Below are positions 47,489 to 57,994 of a DNA stretch of 64,000 nt, in pieces. This stretch comes from Nitrospirota bacterium (GTDB taxonomy: Bacteria; Nitrospirota; UBA9217). A program made the position numbers and the translations under genes. Below the pieces are notes generated by a model that was not told the origin of the DNA, searched no databases, and saw nothing but the letters and a program-made list of their open reading frames with translations. The number at the start of each line of letters is the position of its first letter. Position 1 is the stretch's first letter. The stretch is taken from assembly GCA_963751455.1 (NCBI GenBank), contig CAVVUN010000006.1, positions 32,001 to 96,000 of the forward strand. Direction: 5' to 3'.

Positions 47489-50400
47489 CTAATTCTTACT
47501 TGAAGTATCTCCCGGTTTCCACGAAGCCATGTGCTTCAGATATCTCCATCTTCTCTTCACATCCGCGTCCGCCAGTTTCGAAAGCTCCGCTGCAAGCTCG
47601 GGCTTGGTCATCCGGAGAATGCGGTACCGGTTCTCGGTTATTGCATATTCCTCGAATGAGATGGACGGCTCGCCGCTGTCGATGATAAGAGGATTGTTTC
47701 CCTGCTTTTCCAAATCCGGGTTGTACCGGTAAAGCGGCCAGTGGCCGCACGCAACCGCTTTTTTATTGTGCTCGACGGTCTCGGCAAGGTTGAACCCCTG
47801 GGCGATGCAGGTTGAGTACGCGATCACCAGCGACGGCCCGTTGAACGCCTCTGCTTCGAGAAACGCCTTTACGGTCTGGCCGGGATTGGCCCCGAAGGCA
47901 ACCTGCGCCACGTAGATGGTTCCGTAGGTCGCCATGATCATGCCGATGTTCTTTTTCGGCGTGCGCTTGCCAGCTGCGGCGAACTGGACAACCGCGGATA
48001 TGGGAGTCGCCTTGGACATCTGTCCCCCGGTATTCGAGTACGTTTCCGTATCGAGGACGAGCAGATTGATGTTTTTTCCCGAGGCAAGCACATGGTCCAC
48101 CCCGCCGTACCCGATGTCATAGGCCCAGCCGTCCCCGCCCACTGCCCATACCGACTTTTTCACGAGATAATCCGACAGGAACAATAACCGCTTTGCTTCC
48201 TGAGATACATCCTTTGCCAGTGCTTCCTTAAGCTTTACAACCCGCTTTCTCTGCTCATCGATCGCCTGCTGGGATAACTGGTCAGCGATCTTCACCGCCT
48301 TGAACAGTTCTGCTGTTTGCCCGTATCTTCCCGTCTTTTCGAGCACATCGAGCAGGCGCACGGCCTCTTCGTAAAAGAAGTCCATGGTCTGCCGCATACC
48401 GAACCCGAATTCAGCATTGTCCTCGAAGAGCGAGTTGGACCATGCAGGTCCCCTGCCGTTTTTATCCTTCGTGTACGCGGTATCCGGAAGGTTTCCGGTA
48501 TATATCGAAGAGCACCCGGTTGCGTTCGCTATCAGCAGGCGGTCTCCGAAGAGCTGCGAAAGCAATCGCAGATAAGGCGTCTCTCCGCACCCGGCGCATG
48601 CGCTGTGATATTCAAAGAGCGGCCGCTTGAACTGGCTGCCTTTTACCGTGGCAGGATTGTATCGCGACGGATCGAGTTCGGGAATTGACATGAAGAAATT
48701 AAAATTCTGGATTTCTTCCTGCCGGTGCTCTTCCTGAAACCGCAGGTTGATCGCCTTGAAATCCGGGATCTTTTTTCCGCTGGCGTCCTTGCCGTATGCA
48801 GGACAGACAAACACGCAGGAGCCGCAGCCCGTACAGTCCTCGGGTGCGACCTGCACGGTATATTTGAGCCCCTTCAGTTCCTTACCGGAAGCGTCGACTG
48901 ATTTGAACTTTGCCGGCGCATTGTTCAGTACGGATGGTTCGTATGCCTTGATCCTGATGGTCGCATGCGGGCAGACAAAGGAGCAGAGACCGCACTGGAT
49001 GCAGATCTGCGGCTCCCAGATCGGTATCTGCACGCCGATGTTTCTCTTCTCGTACTGGGTCGTTCCGGTAGGCCACGTGCCGTCCGCGGGTATCGCGGAA
49101 ACGGGAAGCAGGTTCCCCTTGCGCGCAAGAATCATGGCGTTCACCCGCTTCACAAAATCCGGGGCGTTCTCGGGAACTATCGGCCGCTGCTTCGTGGCGG
49201 CCGTTACCCTGTCCGGAACCGGGACCTGGTGGATGCTCTCCGCTGCACGGTCAACTGCCGAAACGTTCATGTCCACGACTGCCTGGCCCTTTTTTCCATA
49301 GGTTTTTGCTATCTGGTCCTTGAGCGCGGCAACCGCCCGGTCGCGGGCCAGAATGCCGGAGATCAGGAAAAAGGCCGTTTCCATGATCATGTTGATCTTG
49401 ATCCCGAGCCCTACTGCCGACGCGATGGAAAATGCGTCGATCACATGGAATTTCATCTTCTTCGCGATCAGCTGCTCCTGCACTTCAGCGGGCAGGCTGT
49501 CCCATGCCTTTTCCTTTTCGTACGGCGTAGTCAGGAGAAACGTGCCGCCGGCTTCAGCCTGGGAAAGCATGTCGAGCCGTTCGAGGAAGGATGGATTATG
49601 GCAGGCGATGAAGTCGGCCTTCGAGATGAGATACGGGTCCCGTATCTTCTCTTCGCCGAAACGAAGATGGGACACGGTCACGGATCCGGATTTTTTGGAA
49701 TCGTACACGAAATAGGCCTGGGCGTAATTGTCGGTCTCTGTCCCGATGATCTTGATTGCGTCCTTGTTCGCGCCGACCGTGCCGTCCGCACCCAACCCGT
49801 AGAACAAAGCCCGATACATGGTTTTGCCCTCGATCCTGAACGACTCATCATACTCGAGGCTGGTATGAGTCACATCGTCGCTGATGCCGACTGTAAAATG
49901 GTTCTTCGATCCCCGCAGGTTGTCGTATACAGCCTTTGCCATTGCCGGGGTGAAATCCTTGGATCCCAGACCGTAGCGGCCGCCAACGATTTTCGGATAG
50001 GTGCTGAACTTCGCTGCCTTCTTTTCGAGCGCTTCTCCCACTGCAGTCCTGACATCGAGATACAGCGGTTCCCCTACTGCCCCGGATTCCTTTGTCCTGT
50101 CCAATACGGCAATCGCCTGGACTGTTGCGGGGAGCGTGCCCACAAAATCTTCGATTGAGAAAGGACGATAAAGCCTCACCTGCACGAGCCCCAGCTTCTC
50201 ACCCTGCCTGTTCAGCTCATCGACTGCGAGCTGGAGCGATTCTCCGGCTGACCCCATCACCACGGCAACTCGTTCTGCATCAGGGTGCCCGTAATATTCA
50301 TACAGCCGGTATGTTCTGCCTGCGACAGCCTTGAATTTATCCATGGCCTTCTGCACGATGCCCGGCGCCTTGTCGTAAAACGGATTGACCGTTTCCCTGC

Positions 50401-51082
50401 CCTGGAAATAGACATCCGGGTCCTGCGCGGTCCCGCGTATTGCCGGCCTGTCAGGGGTAAGGCCTCTCATGCGGTGGCTGAGAATAAGCTTCTCGTCAAG
50501 CATTTCCCGCATATCGTCAAAGGCAAGCTCTTCGACCTTGCGGATTTCGTGCGATGTTCTGAACCCGTCAAAAAAATGAATGAACGGCACCCGGGACTCG
50601 AGTGTCGTGGCCTGCGCGATCAGGGCAAAATCCATCGCTTCCTGCACGTCCTTCGAGCAGAGCATGCCGAAGCCGGTGAAGCGCGCGGCCATTACGTCCG
50701 AATGGTCCCCAAAAATCGAAAGCGCCTGGTATGCAAGCGACCGGGCGGTCACGTGGAAAACCGTAGGGGTCAGTTCTCCGGCAAGCTTGCACATGACCGG
50801 CATGATAAGGAGCAGCCCCTGCGACGCGGACACCGTTGTAGCAAGCGCTCCGGTCGTAAGCGACCCGTGTACCGCTCCGGCAACTCCGGCCTCAGACTGC
50901 ATCTGACTCACGCGCGGCACCGTACCCCATATGTTCACCGCGCCTTTGGCTGATTTTTCATCGCAGATCTGAGCGATCGGGGTCGAGGGAGTTATGGGAT
51001 AGATCGTGATGATTTCGTTTGTAGCATGGACTACATGAGCGCATGCAGTGCATCCGTCGATAGTAACAACCTTCCTTTTCAT
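47489..51082 (-). CDS. nifJ: Pyruvate:ferredoxin (flavodoxin) oxidoreductase
   Basis: YPITPS, CIQCGLCSFVCP, CTGCGSCVFVCP, ACAGCGE, NATGCSSIY, GGDGWAYDIG. Confidence 0.97.
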   Translation of the reverse strand: MKRKVVTIDGCTACAHVVHATNEIITIYPITPSTPIAQICDEKSAKGAVNIWGTVPRVSQMQSEAGVAGAVHGSLTTGALATTVSASQGLLLIMPVMCKLAGELTPTVFHVTARSLAYQALSIFGDHSDVMAARFTGFGMLCSKDVQEAMDFALIAQATTLESRVPFIHFFDGFRTSHEIRKVEELAFDDMREMLDEKLILSHRMRGLTPDRPAIRGTAQDPDVYFQGRETVNPFYDKAPGIVQKAMDKFKAVAGRTYRLYEYYGHPDAERVAVVMGSAGESLQLAVDELNRQGEKLGLVQVRLYRPFSIEDFVGTLPATVQAIAVLDRTKESGAVGEPLYLDVRTAVGEALEKKAAKFSTYPKIVGGRYGLGSKDFTPAMAKAVYDNLRGSKNHFTVGISDDVTHTSLEYDESFRIEGKTMYRALFYGLGADGTVGANKDAIKIIGTETDNYAQAYFVYDSKKSGSVTVSHLRFGEEKIRDPYLISKADFIACHNPSFLERLDMLSQAEAGGTFLLTTPYEKEKAWDSLPAEVQEQLIAKKMKFHVIDAFSIASAVGLGIKINMIMETAFFLISGILARDRAVAALKDQIAKTYGKKGQAVVDMNVSAVDRAAESIHQVPVPDRVTAATKQRPIVPENAPDFVKRVNAMILARKGNLLPVSAIPADGTWPTGTTQYEKRNIGVQIPIWEPQICIQCGLCSFVCPHATIRIKAYEPSVLNNAPAKFKSVDASGKELKGLKYTVQVAPEDCTGCGSCVFVCPAYGKDASGKKIPDFKAINLRFQEEHRQEEIQNFNFFMSIPELDPSRYNPATVKGSQFKRPLFEYHSACAGCGETPYLRLLSQLFGDRLLIANATGCSSIYTGNLPDTAYTKDKNGRGPAWSNSLFEDNAEFGFGMRQTMDFFYEEAVRLLDVLEKTGRYGQTAELFKAVKIADQLSQQAIDEQRKRVVKLKEALAKDVSQEAKRLLFLSDYLVKKSVWAVGGDGWAYDIGYGGVDHVLASGKNINLLVLDTETYSNTGGQMSKATPISAVVQFAAAGKRTPKKNIGMIMATYGTIYVAQVAFGANPGQTVKAFLEAEAFNGPSLVIAYSTCIAQGFNLAETVEHNKKAVACGHWPLYRYNPDLEKQGNNPLIIDSGEPSISFEEYAITENRYRILRMTKPELAAELSKLADADVKRRWRYLKHMASWKPGDTSSKN

Positions 51083-51405
51083 ATTTCCCTCCTACAGTGC
51101 CTTGCCGTAGATACGCCTGTGTTTCAGTTCCCGCGGAAAAACTTTTTTGCCGCAAAGATGCTCAAAAGTCGCAAAGGGGAACGGCCGTCTTCCGGTCAAG
51201 GTCGCGGTAATTTTTTTCTTTTAAGTATAACAAGCGCCCACACGGAGGATATTCGCAGTGCTGCCGTATAGCACTTTACTCCTCATCGATTATTGACGAA
51301 TTGATGATATAGTTGAAATATCGGTACGAAAAGATATGCACGGGGGAGGATCGGCAAACACGGAAATGCGGGGAAGAAAAGATATGCACCCTGAGGGAAT
51401 GCAAA

Positions 51406-51597
51406 ATGAAAAAAATGAAGGTTCAAACGAATAACGGCAACTCAGGACATTCAGTGAAACACGCGGAGCCGGCAATAGGCCATGCGCAGGACTATTCAGG
51501 ACCTCAATCGACTCGTTCGGTTATAAAGTGGGTCGCTATAGCAGGGCTGATACTGGGAGCTTTTGCCTTTTTCATGCGGCCGAAAAAGGCATACTGA
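51406..51597 (+). CDS. Small single-TM hypothetical protein
   Basis: 63 aa, GAGGGA RBS, VIKWVAIAGLILGAFAFF followed by RPKK; overlaps the gpgS stop region. Confidence 0.4.
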   Translation: MKKMKVQTNNGNSGHSVKHAEPAIGHAQDYSGPQSTRSVIKWVAIAGLILGAFAFFMRPKKAY

Positions 51598-52813
51598 CCC
51601 GCGCCTCCGTATTATCATCGTCCACCGCGTTTTTAAGCATCTCGAGGATATCCGGGATTGCCGAGGTGACGCGGTTCCAGTTTGCAATGAGGGGCGTGCC
51701 GAGCGGGTCGTTCATATACACCTGCGCGGCAAGTGCGAGCGCCCTTGTAAACGCGTCCACAGCCTTGGCTTCGTCGTGCCGGTCGAATAATAATCCGTTG
51801 ATGGCCGCGTCCGCCTCATACTTCATGATCGTGTCTTCGGCCTGCCTCAGGTAGGCCACGGATAGGGACTTGAAGAACCCCTCCGAGAAGATGACGCCTT
51901 CGGAAGCAAGGGTCCTGAAGATCGATTTGCATATATCAATCGTCATCTTCATCAACCCTTTTTCAGGGTCCTGCGCTGAAAGCGCCTGGTGTTTGTGTTC
52001 GTAGGTCGCGGCGATATCCACCTGGCAGACGCGGCGCGGAGAATAGTTGCGGTAGACTTCGGCAAGAGACCCTACTTCGAGGCCCCAGTCCCACGGTATC
52101 CTGTTTACCCTCGCAACGTCCGTAGTCATGCAGAATTCTCCTGAGAGCGGGTACCGGAAGCTGTCCAGGAACATCAGAAAACTGTGCGGCCCGATGAGCT
52201 GCTGGATCGAGCGTACGAGCGGGGTTACCAGGAGCCGCGTAACCCGGCCGTGCATTTTATTCGTGACCCTGCTGTAAAACCCCTTGCAAAAGACATAATC
52301 CAGGTTCGGGTTTACCACGGGGTAGCAGAGCCGGGCAAGCATTTCGCGTCCGTAGGTGAGGATATCGCAGTCATGAAGGACTATCACCTCGGACCGTGCC
52401 CGGGCAAGGATATATCCGTAAGCCAGCCACGCGGAACGGCCCTTGCCGCGCTGCCCGGCATCGAGCCCGTGCCGGGAAAGCGTCTCGTATATTTCGATGA
52501 TCCGTTTCCCGTCATTATGGATGATTTTAACATCCGCGCATACCGGAGCCATGAACCGTCTGACGTGGTGAAATTCGTTCTCTCCGGCCTTGTCCAGTAC
52601 GAGAATGATCTCCTTCAGGTAATTTACCTTCGAAAGCTCTTTTACGATCGCGGGCATCGCCTGGCCCTCGAACTCGGAATAGAGCGCGGGAAGGACCAGG
52701 GCTATCGGCCGCTTCCTTGAATACGTGCGGAGTTCCGTCTCGAGCCGCTCAAGGGAGGGCCTGCCGATCTGGTGAAGAGTGGTGATGATTCCGGTCTGGT
52801 AAAAATCGCTCAT
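51572..52813 (-). CDS. gpgS: Glucosyl-3-phosphoglycerate synthase family, copy 1
   Basis: MSDFYQTGIITTLH, GKGRSAW, LHDCDI, CKGFY, YPLSGEF, DWGLEVG, YEHKHQ. Confidence 0.8.
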   Translation of the reverse strand: MSDFYQTGIITTLHQIGRPSLERLETELRTYSRKRPIALVLPALYSEFEGQAMPAIVKELSKVNYLKEIILVLDKAGENEFHHVRRFMAPVCADVKIIHNDGKRIIEIYETLSRHGLDAGQRGKGRSAWLAYGYILARARSEVIVLHDCDILTYGREMLARLCYPVVNPNLDYVFCKGFYSRVTNKMHGRVTRLLVTPLVRSIQQLIGPHSFLMFLDSFRYPLSGEFCMTTDVARVNRIPWDWGLEVGSLAEVYRNYSPRRVCQVDIAATYEHKHQALSAQDPEKGLMKMTIDICKSIFRTLASEGVIFSEGFFKSLSVAYLRQAEDTIMKYEADAAINGLLFDRHDEAKAVDAFTRALALAAQVYMNDPLGTPLIANWNRVTSAIPDILEMLKNAVDDDNTEARVSMPFSAA

Positions 52814-52859
52814 GGTTATCTGATAAACCTAATCCGGACAAGCCGGATACAAAAACTCT

Positions 52860-52968
52860 TGAACCGCCAAGGCGCAAAGGTCGCGAGGAAGGCGAAACTA
52901 AACGCTGGAGTTTAAACCTGACAAAACGCTTTACGGTTTCCTAGCGTCCCTCGCGTCTTCGCGGTGAA
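52860..52968. repeat. Inverted 9-mer intergenic repeat
   Basis: aaccgccaaggcgcaaaggtcgcgagg ... cctagcgtccctcgcgtcttcgcggt. Confidence 0.45.
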
Positions 52969-53145
52969 ATATTCTTTCCTTTTTGAGAAGATTTTCACTC
53001 GTAATTGACTAACTGGTGCTATCATGGCCGATCGCATTGTCGTCTCTGGACGGCAGCTAATCAAATCCGTTATTCTGTTACTGTGACACTCTGACACTTT
53101 CATGCGTCCTTCGTCCTCTCATCTCGCACCTCGTCCCTTGCCGCT

Positions 53146-53835
53146 TCACAGGTGTTCGATGTCCTTTTTCACTTTATCCGTTTCCCTGTCCATCATCTTG
53201 CGGGCGGCGTCGATTCCTCCGATGCCGAACGAAATAGAGAGGGCCAGGACAACGCCCCCGAAGATAATCGAGAAGGCGGCAAGGACGATATGGGGCGCAA
53301 TCGCGAGCTGTTCGAGCGCCATCGCGAGGACCATCATCATGAGCAGCAACCGCACGACCTCAACGAGCAGGTGCGTATAGTAGAAGCCGCTGTTCACCGC
53401 CGCGATAAGAACGGTCCTGACGATGAAACCGGAGATGATATAGCCGAACACCAGGATCAGCACCGCGGAAAAGGCACGGGGGAGATAAAGGAAGAATTGC
53501 GCAACGAGATGTTCGATGGCGGGTATGTTCAAGGCATTCAAGCCGGCCATAGCCGCGATAATGACGATCAGCCAGAAGCTGACTGCGCCTGCGATCTTCG
53601 AAGGTTTCGCCCAGAGGTCCCCTTTTCTCATGATGGATGTCAGCCCCATCCGGTCGCTCCAGTTATCGAATTCCATTGTCCGGAGCAGTTTGACCAGCCC
53701 GGTCCTGACCAGCTTTGCGGTGACGATCCCGATCAGGACGATGATCAGCATCGCAAGCAGGTTCGGGCTGAATCGGGTAAATTGAACGAATACCTCTCTG
53801 ACCGGATCAAGGACCAGCTTCACAAATGTTTCCAT
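53146..53835 (-). CDS. CmpX-like membrane protein (MscS TM-helix repeats only), copy 1
   Basis: PNLLAMLII, FLYLPRAFSA, ALEQLAI, SFGIGG. Confidence 0.75.
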   Translation of the reverse strand: METFVKLVLDPVREVFVQFTRFSPNLLAMLIIVLIGIVTAKLVRTGLVKLLRTMEFDNWSDRMGLTSIMRKGDLWAKPSKIAGAVSFWLIVIIAAMAGLNALNIPAIEHLVAQFFLYLPRAFSAVLILVFGYIISGFIVRTVLIAAVNSGFYYTHLLVEVVRLLLMMMVLAMALEQLAIAPHIVLAAFSIIFGGVVLALSISFGIGGIDAARKMMDRETDKVKKDIEHL

Positions 53836-54046
53836 GCCACACCTCCGTGATTATCTCCAAGTGCAACTGCTCAGGAAAGATTATCCGCAGATTACAAAGA
53901 TTTCACAGATTAAACCAAACCTGAATTCAGGTTTTTAAATCTGCGTCTATCTGCTTGTGCCCGCGCTTTGGCAACAGCAGGGTACGAAATCTGTGGATAA
54001 AGCTTTTCCCATGCGTAAATGACTTTCATCGTTCAAATCTGTGTAG

Positions 54047-55336
54047 TTACTTCCAATTTTTGATCAAGTGGTCCTTGCTCTGTTCGAATTCCAGGCAGAG
54101 TTTTTCGATCTCCGCTTCTACCTCGTCCTGCCCGAGATGCTCGGTTTCCCGGATAAATGAAGCGGTCCTGCCCAGATACAGCGGGGTCAGGGACTTGAGC
54201 AGCTGTTCGCGCGGGAGGACACGGTTATGGTATGCCATGGCATAGTCATAGATGATCCTTGTCCATAGACTCTGCGGAAACAGTATCTCTCCGTTGGCGC
54301 GGGCGGCTGCCTGCTCGACTTCGGCGAGGTCGGCGTTGCTCAGTATTTCCGCCCATATCGTACAAAGCCCGCGGACACCCTCCCTGAAAATAACGCGCAT
54401 GCGGTCAGTATTGACGTTAATGGGCTCGAGCCCTACCGAGTAGCGGAACCCGAAGGTAGGCACAGATTCAGAACCCCGTATCTGTTTCCAGGCGTCGACA
54501 TGATTCTCGATCTGGCCGAAGACCGCCCCCGTGACCTGCGCAAGCATCGCGCTCAGGTCCGATCCCGGGTCCTTGGGATCGTGGATCTTTGCTCCGAGAA
54601 AAGCCTGTGCAACCTTGAAGTTGTTCGCTATTGCCTCGGACGTCATCCAGACATCGATGCCGTACCGTGCCACGTCGGTTTCCCAGACTTGTTTCGAAAG
54701 ATAATATTCGGCCAGTCTTCCTGAAAAGCCGAAGTCGCCGCCGATCGGCTGCCGTATGCGCTTGCCGTAAATCGCGCGAATGAAAGGATAGATAATGCTG
54801 TTTGTGATCGTTCCGTCGTATTTATGCCGGTGATACAGCGGAGCGACGTAGTCGAACCCCCCATTCAAAACCGGTTTGAGGAGCAGCTCGATCCATTCGG
54901 GTGTTATGCTCCGAAGGTCCGAATCGACTACAGCGCAGGCCTTTACCTGCAATGCCGAGGCAATCTCGAAAATGGCGCGAAGAGCGCTTCCTTTCCCGGG
55001 AATTCCAAGATAGGGGAAAGCCATTTTGAATGCGGGCCGGACCCGGTGATGAAGGAGAATGGATTGATAGTCCTCAACGCCGCTGTTCCGCGCAACGTCG
55101 ATCGTGCCGTCAGAGGAGCCTCCGTCGGAAACTACTATGACGGCCTTATGTTCGGGGAAATACTTGGCGAGACCTGCCTGCACTGCGTGAATGACGTGGC
55201 CGATTGTCCCGGCATTGTTGAAAGCCGGCACGCCGACGAGAATATCCGCGGTTTGAATCTTATCAAGATGCTCCTGGACGGTTCTTCCGGCGATGATGCC
55301 TGTCGAAATATCCTCGGTTCTGCTGAACGGTTCCAA
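54047..55336 (-). CDS. GT2 glycosyltransferase, glucosylglycerate/mannosylglycerate synthase-like, copy 1
   Basis: SDGGSSDGT, PGKGSAL, DSDLRSI, RHKYDGTITN, RQPIGGDFG, YGIDVWMT, GAKIHD. Confidence 0.8.
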   Translation of the reverse strand: MEPFSRTEDISTGIIAGRTVQEHLDKIQTADILVGVPAFNNAGTIGHVIHAVQAGLAKYFPEHKAVIVVSDGGSSDGTIDVARNSGVEDYQSILLHHRVRPAFKMAFPYLGIPGKGSALRAIFEIASALQVKACAVVDSDLRSITPEWIELLLKPVLNGGFDYVAPLYHRHKYDGTITNSIIYPFIRAIYGKRIRQPIGGDFGFSGRLAEYYLSKQVWETDVARYGIDVWMTSEAIANNFKVAQAFLGAKIHDPKDPGSDLSAMLAQVTGAVFGQIENHVDAWKQIRGSESVPTFGFRYSVGLEPINVNTDRMRVIFREGVRGLCTIWAEILSNADLAEVEQAAARANGEILFPQSLWTRIIYDYAMAYHNRVLPREQLLKSLTPLYLGRTASFIRETEHLGQDEVEAEIEKLCLEFEQSKDHLIKNWK

Positions 55337-55624
55337 TTAGACTCCTGCATGCTGACTTTCTCTCGCGGAGAAAACGATCCCGGCCGTATGGGAAGCACGA
55401 CGGACCTTCCTCAATAAATCAAACTAAATTATTCGAATATTCAATTCTGTGATCAGGATCACTAAAACAAAGATTGCATGAATTTTGCCGCTTCCTGACG
55501 ACTAGCTGTCGCGATTGCCCGGAAGATACTGGAGAGTCTTGCAAGATGGGAGGCTCTATTAGATGGCTTTCGAATGTAAGAACAAGCACAGAGTTGCCAA
55601 GCTGCACATCTTCATTGTATTGCC

Positions 55625-57928
55625 TTACCGAACACTGTCTTTCAGGGTAGCACGATTGATGCCGTTGCGCCTCGCAAACTTATGATAATCGCCTGAAACC
55701 TGTCCCACTGCTATCGCAAGCAGCTCTTCTAACACCCGTGTAACTTCGTCCTGCTTATTGACATAGTAATCAGCGAAAGCGCTCCCACCAACGGCAATCG
55801 ATACGCCCCTGCCCTTAATCGCTTTAAAAGCGTCTTCATCCGTAATATCATCTCCGATATAGACAGGGATCCTTCCCGGTCCCCGGTGTCCCAGAATCCA
55901 GGAAACGGCATCCCCTTTGTTCCAGGCGTTGAGGGGCCTTATCTCGAAGACCTTCTTCCCTGACGTGATCCTGAAGCTCTTTTCGTATATGCGCGCGATC
56001 CGGGCGAAAAGGGCCGAAAATTCAGCGAGCTTTCTCAAATCCACCAGCCGGTAATGAACGCTTCCCGTAATCCCCTTGTCCTCGACCAGCACTCCGGGAA
56101 TGGATGACATTGCGGACCTGAGCCTGTCCAGAAAGTCTTTGAGTAGCCGGCGATCACGGCGCAACTGCCGGTTCAGCAGCGTCTTCCCGCCGGCACTGAT
56201 CTCGGAGCCGTGATTTCCGGCATAGACAATGCCCTCGATCGCGACCAGTTGCTGGAGATCTTCCACATTGCGGCCCGAAACGATGGCAACCGGGATACGG
56301 TCGGCGAGCCGTGAGATGAGTTCCCGTGTTGCATCGGATATAACAGCACGTTCCGGAGAGTCGGCAATCGGCGCCAGGGTGCCGTCGTAGTCAAGAAAAA
56401 GGAAGACCCGGCCTTCGTTGAGCAGCTCCCGGACATCAAGCCTGTGATCCAATAAGCTGATCGCCAGATTTTGCTTTCCGCGGGCCAGATCGATGATGTC
56501 TTCGAGAAAGTCCCTTATCCATTTATAGATGTCGTTATCCCTGATCTGCTTCCTGAGAGCCGCCATGAAAAGTCTCTTTTCTTCCGTGGAAAGATCAAGG
56601 GCTTTTTTAATCGTTGCGGAAAACTCGTCGAGGTCATACGGGTTTACGAGGATGGCGCCCTGCAATTCATCCGCTGCCCCCGCCAGTTCGCTCAGGATGA
56701 GAACGCCTTTATCTTCGACCTGTGAAGCCGCGTACTCCTTTGCCACAAGATTCATTCCGTCATAAATGGAGCTGATGATCGCGATATCCGCGATGCGGTA
56801 GTACAGGACCAGTTCCGGATGTTCAATTTTCTTATCGATGTATACGATCGGCTTCCACGAGCCCCTGCTGAACTTCTTGTTAATGTCCGCAATGAGTTTT
56901 TCAACAGTCTCCCGGTAACTGACGTACGGCTCTTTCAGTCTGGTCGGGACCGCGATCTGGATGAAGGTGAATCTTCCCCGTAATTTTTCATACCGGTCGA
57001 AAAAGAGCGCAATCGCCTGCAGGCGCTTTATCAGGGCCTTGGTATATTCAAGTCTGTCCACGCCGATGCCGACAAGGTCGGGCAGCGAGTGGCGTTTTCG
57101 GATTTCCCGGACAGCGCTTGAGACCTGCGGCGACGAGGCCATGCCGACGAATTTATTGTAGTCGATGCTTATGGGAAAAGCCTTCAGCGTCGTGACGCGG
57201 CCGCGGTAAAGTATGGTCGACCGCTTGCGGTCGATCTCTGCGCCAAGGCATTCCCGTGCACAGTCGAGAAAATTCCTGACAAAAAGCGGTATCTGAAACC
57301 CGATAAGATCGCTGCCGAGCAGACCCTCCAGGATTTCACGTGACTGCGGGCAGACCCGAAAGACGCTCCAGTCGGGCCAGGGAATATGCCAGAAATGGGC
57401 TATGGTGAGATCGTTCTTTTTCTCTCGCAGGAAACCGGGCGCGAGGCAAAGATGGTAGTCATGGAACCAGACAGCGCTGTCAGCATCGGCTTCCTCCAGT
57501 ACCGCTTCGGCAAACGCCAGGTTCACTTTTAAATAGTAGTCCCAGAATTTTTTTCGAAAATAAACACGGTCAAGCGTGATATGGCAGAGAGGCCAGAGCA
57601 CCTGGTTGGAATAACCGTGATAATAGTTGTCCGCTTCCAATGGACTGAGCCACACCCGCTTCAGAATGTATGAGGGATTGTCAGGGGGAACAAGGATCCG
57701 GTTATGGCCGTCGACCACATCCGTATCGCCAGTGCCGCTTCCCCAGGCGACCCATACGCCGCCCGTGGCCTTCAGGACATCGTCCATGGCGGAGGTCAGT
57801 CCTCCTGTGGGTTTCTCCACCTTGATGCTCAATCCTGTTTTTTTATGAATGTACGGCTCCCGGTTCGAAACGACGATCAGTTGTTTCCCGGAAAGCTCTT
57901 TTTTCACGAATTGCGCCAGTTTATCCAT
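55625..57928 (-). CDS. otsA: Bifunctional trehalose-6-phosphate synthase/phosphatase (OtsA-OtsB fusion)
   Basis: VSNREPY, HDYHL, FWHIPWP, VDRLEYTK, DGMNLVAKEY; HAD domain LDYDGTL, IGDDITDEDAF. Confidence 0.93.
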   Translation of the reverse strand: MDKLAQFVKKELSGKQLIVVSNREPYIHKKTGLSIKVEKPTGGLTSAMDDVLKATGGVWVAWGSGTGDTDVVDGHNRILVPPDNPSYILKRVWLSPLEADNYYHGYSNQVLWPLCHITLDRVYFRKKFWDYYLKVNLAFAEAVLEEADADSAVWFHDYHLCLAPGFLREKKNDLTIAHFWHIPWPDWSVFRVCPQSREILEGLLGSDLIGFQIPLFVRNFLDCARECLGAEIDRKRSTILYRGRVTTLKAFPISIDYNKFVGMASSPQVSSAVREIRKRHSLPDLVGIGVDRLEYTKALIKRLQAIALFFDRYEKLRGRFTFIQIAVPTRLKEPYVSYRETVEKLIADINKKFSRGSWKPIVYIDKKIEHPELVLYYRIADIAIISSIYDGMNLVAKEYAASQVEDKGVLILSELAGAADELQGAILVNPYDLDEFSATIKKALDLSTEEKRLFMAALRKQIRDNDIYKWIRDFLEDIIDLARGKQNLAISLLDHRLDVRELLNEGRVFLFLDYDGTLAPIADSPERAVISDATRELISRLADRIPVAIVSGRNVEDLQQLVAIEGIVYAGNHGSEISAGGKTLLNRQLRRDRRLLKDFLDRLRSAMSSIPGVLVEDKGITGSVHYRLVDLRKLAEFSALFARIARIYEKSFRITSGKKVFEIRPLNAWNKGDAVSWILGHRGPGRIPVYIGDDITDEDAFKAIKGRGVSIAVGGSAFADYYVNKQDEVTRVLEELLAIAVGQVSGDYHKFARRNGINRATLKDSVR

Positions 57929-57994
57929 GAGACCTCCGGTCTGCTAACGGCTGATTTTGTGTCTCGCGACAGAATGCCGCCGGAACAGAATTAC

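Noticed and set aside
48965-50158. Long antisense ORFs (also 10628-11638, 45403-46401, 57704-58888, 61050-61994 and others)
   Set aside because: Shadow frames opposite well-supported GC-rich genes, with no motifs
55580-55605. Sigma54 promoter-like TGGCA..TGC (also 1852-1870)
   Set aside because: GG to GC spacing is 9 and 11 nt, not the required 10
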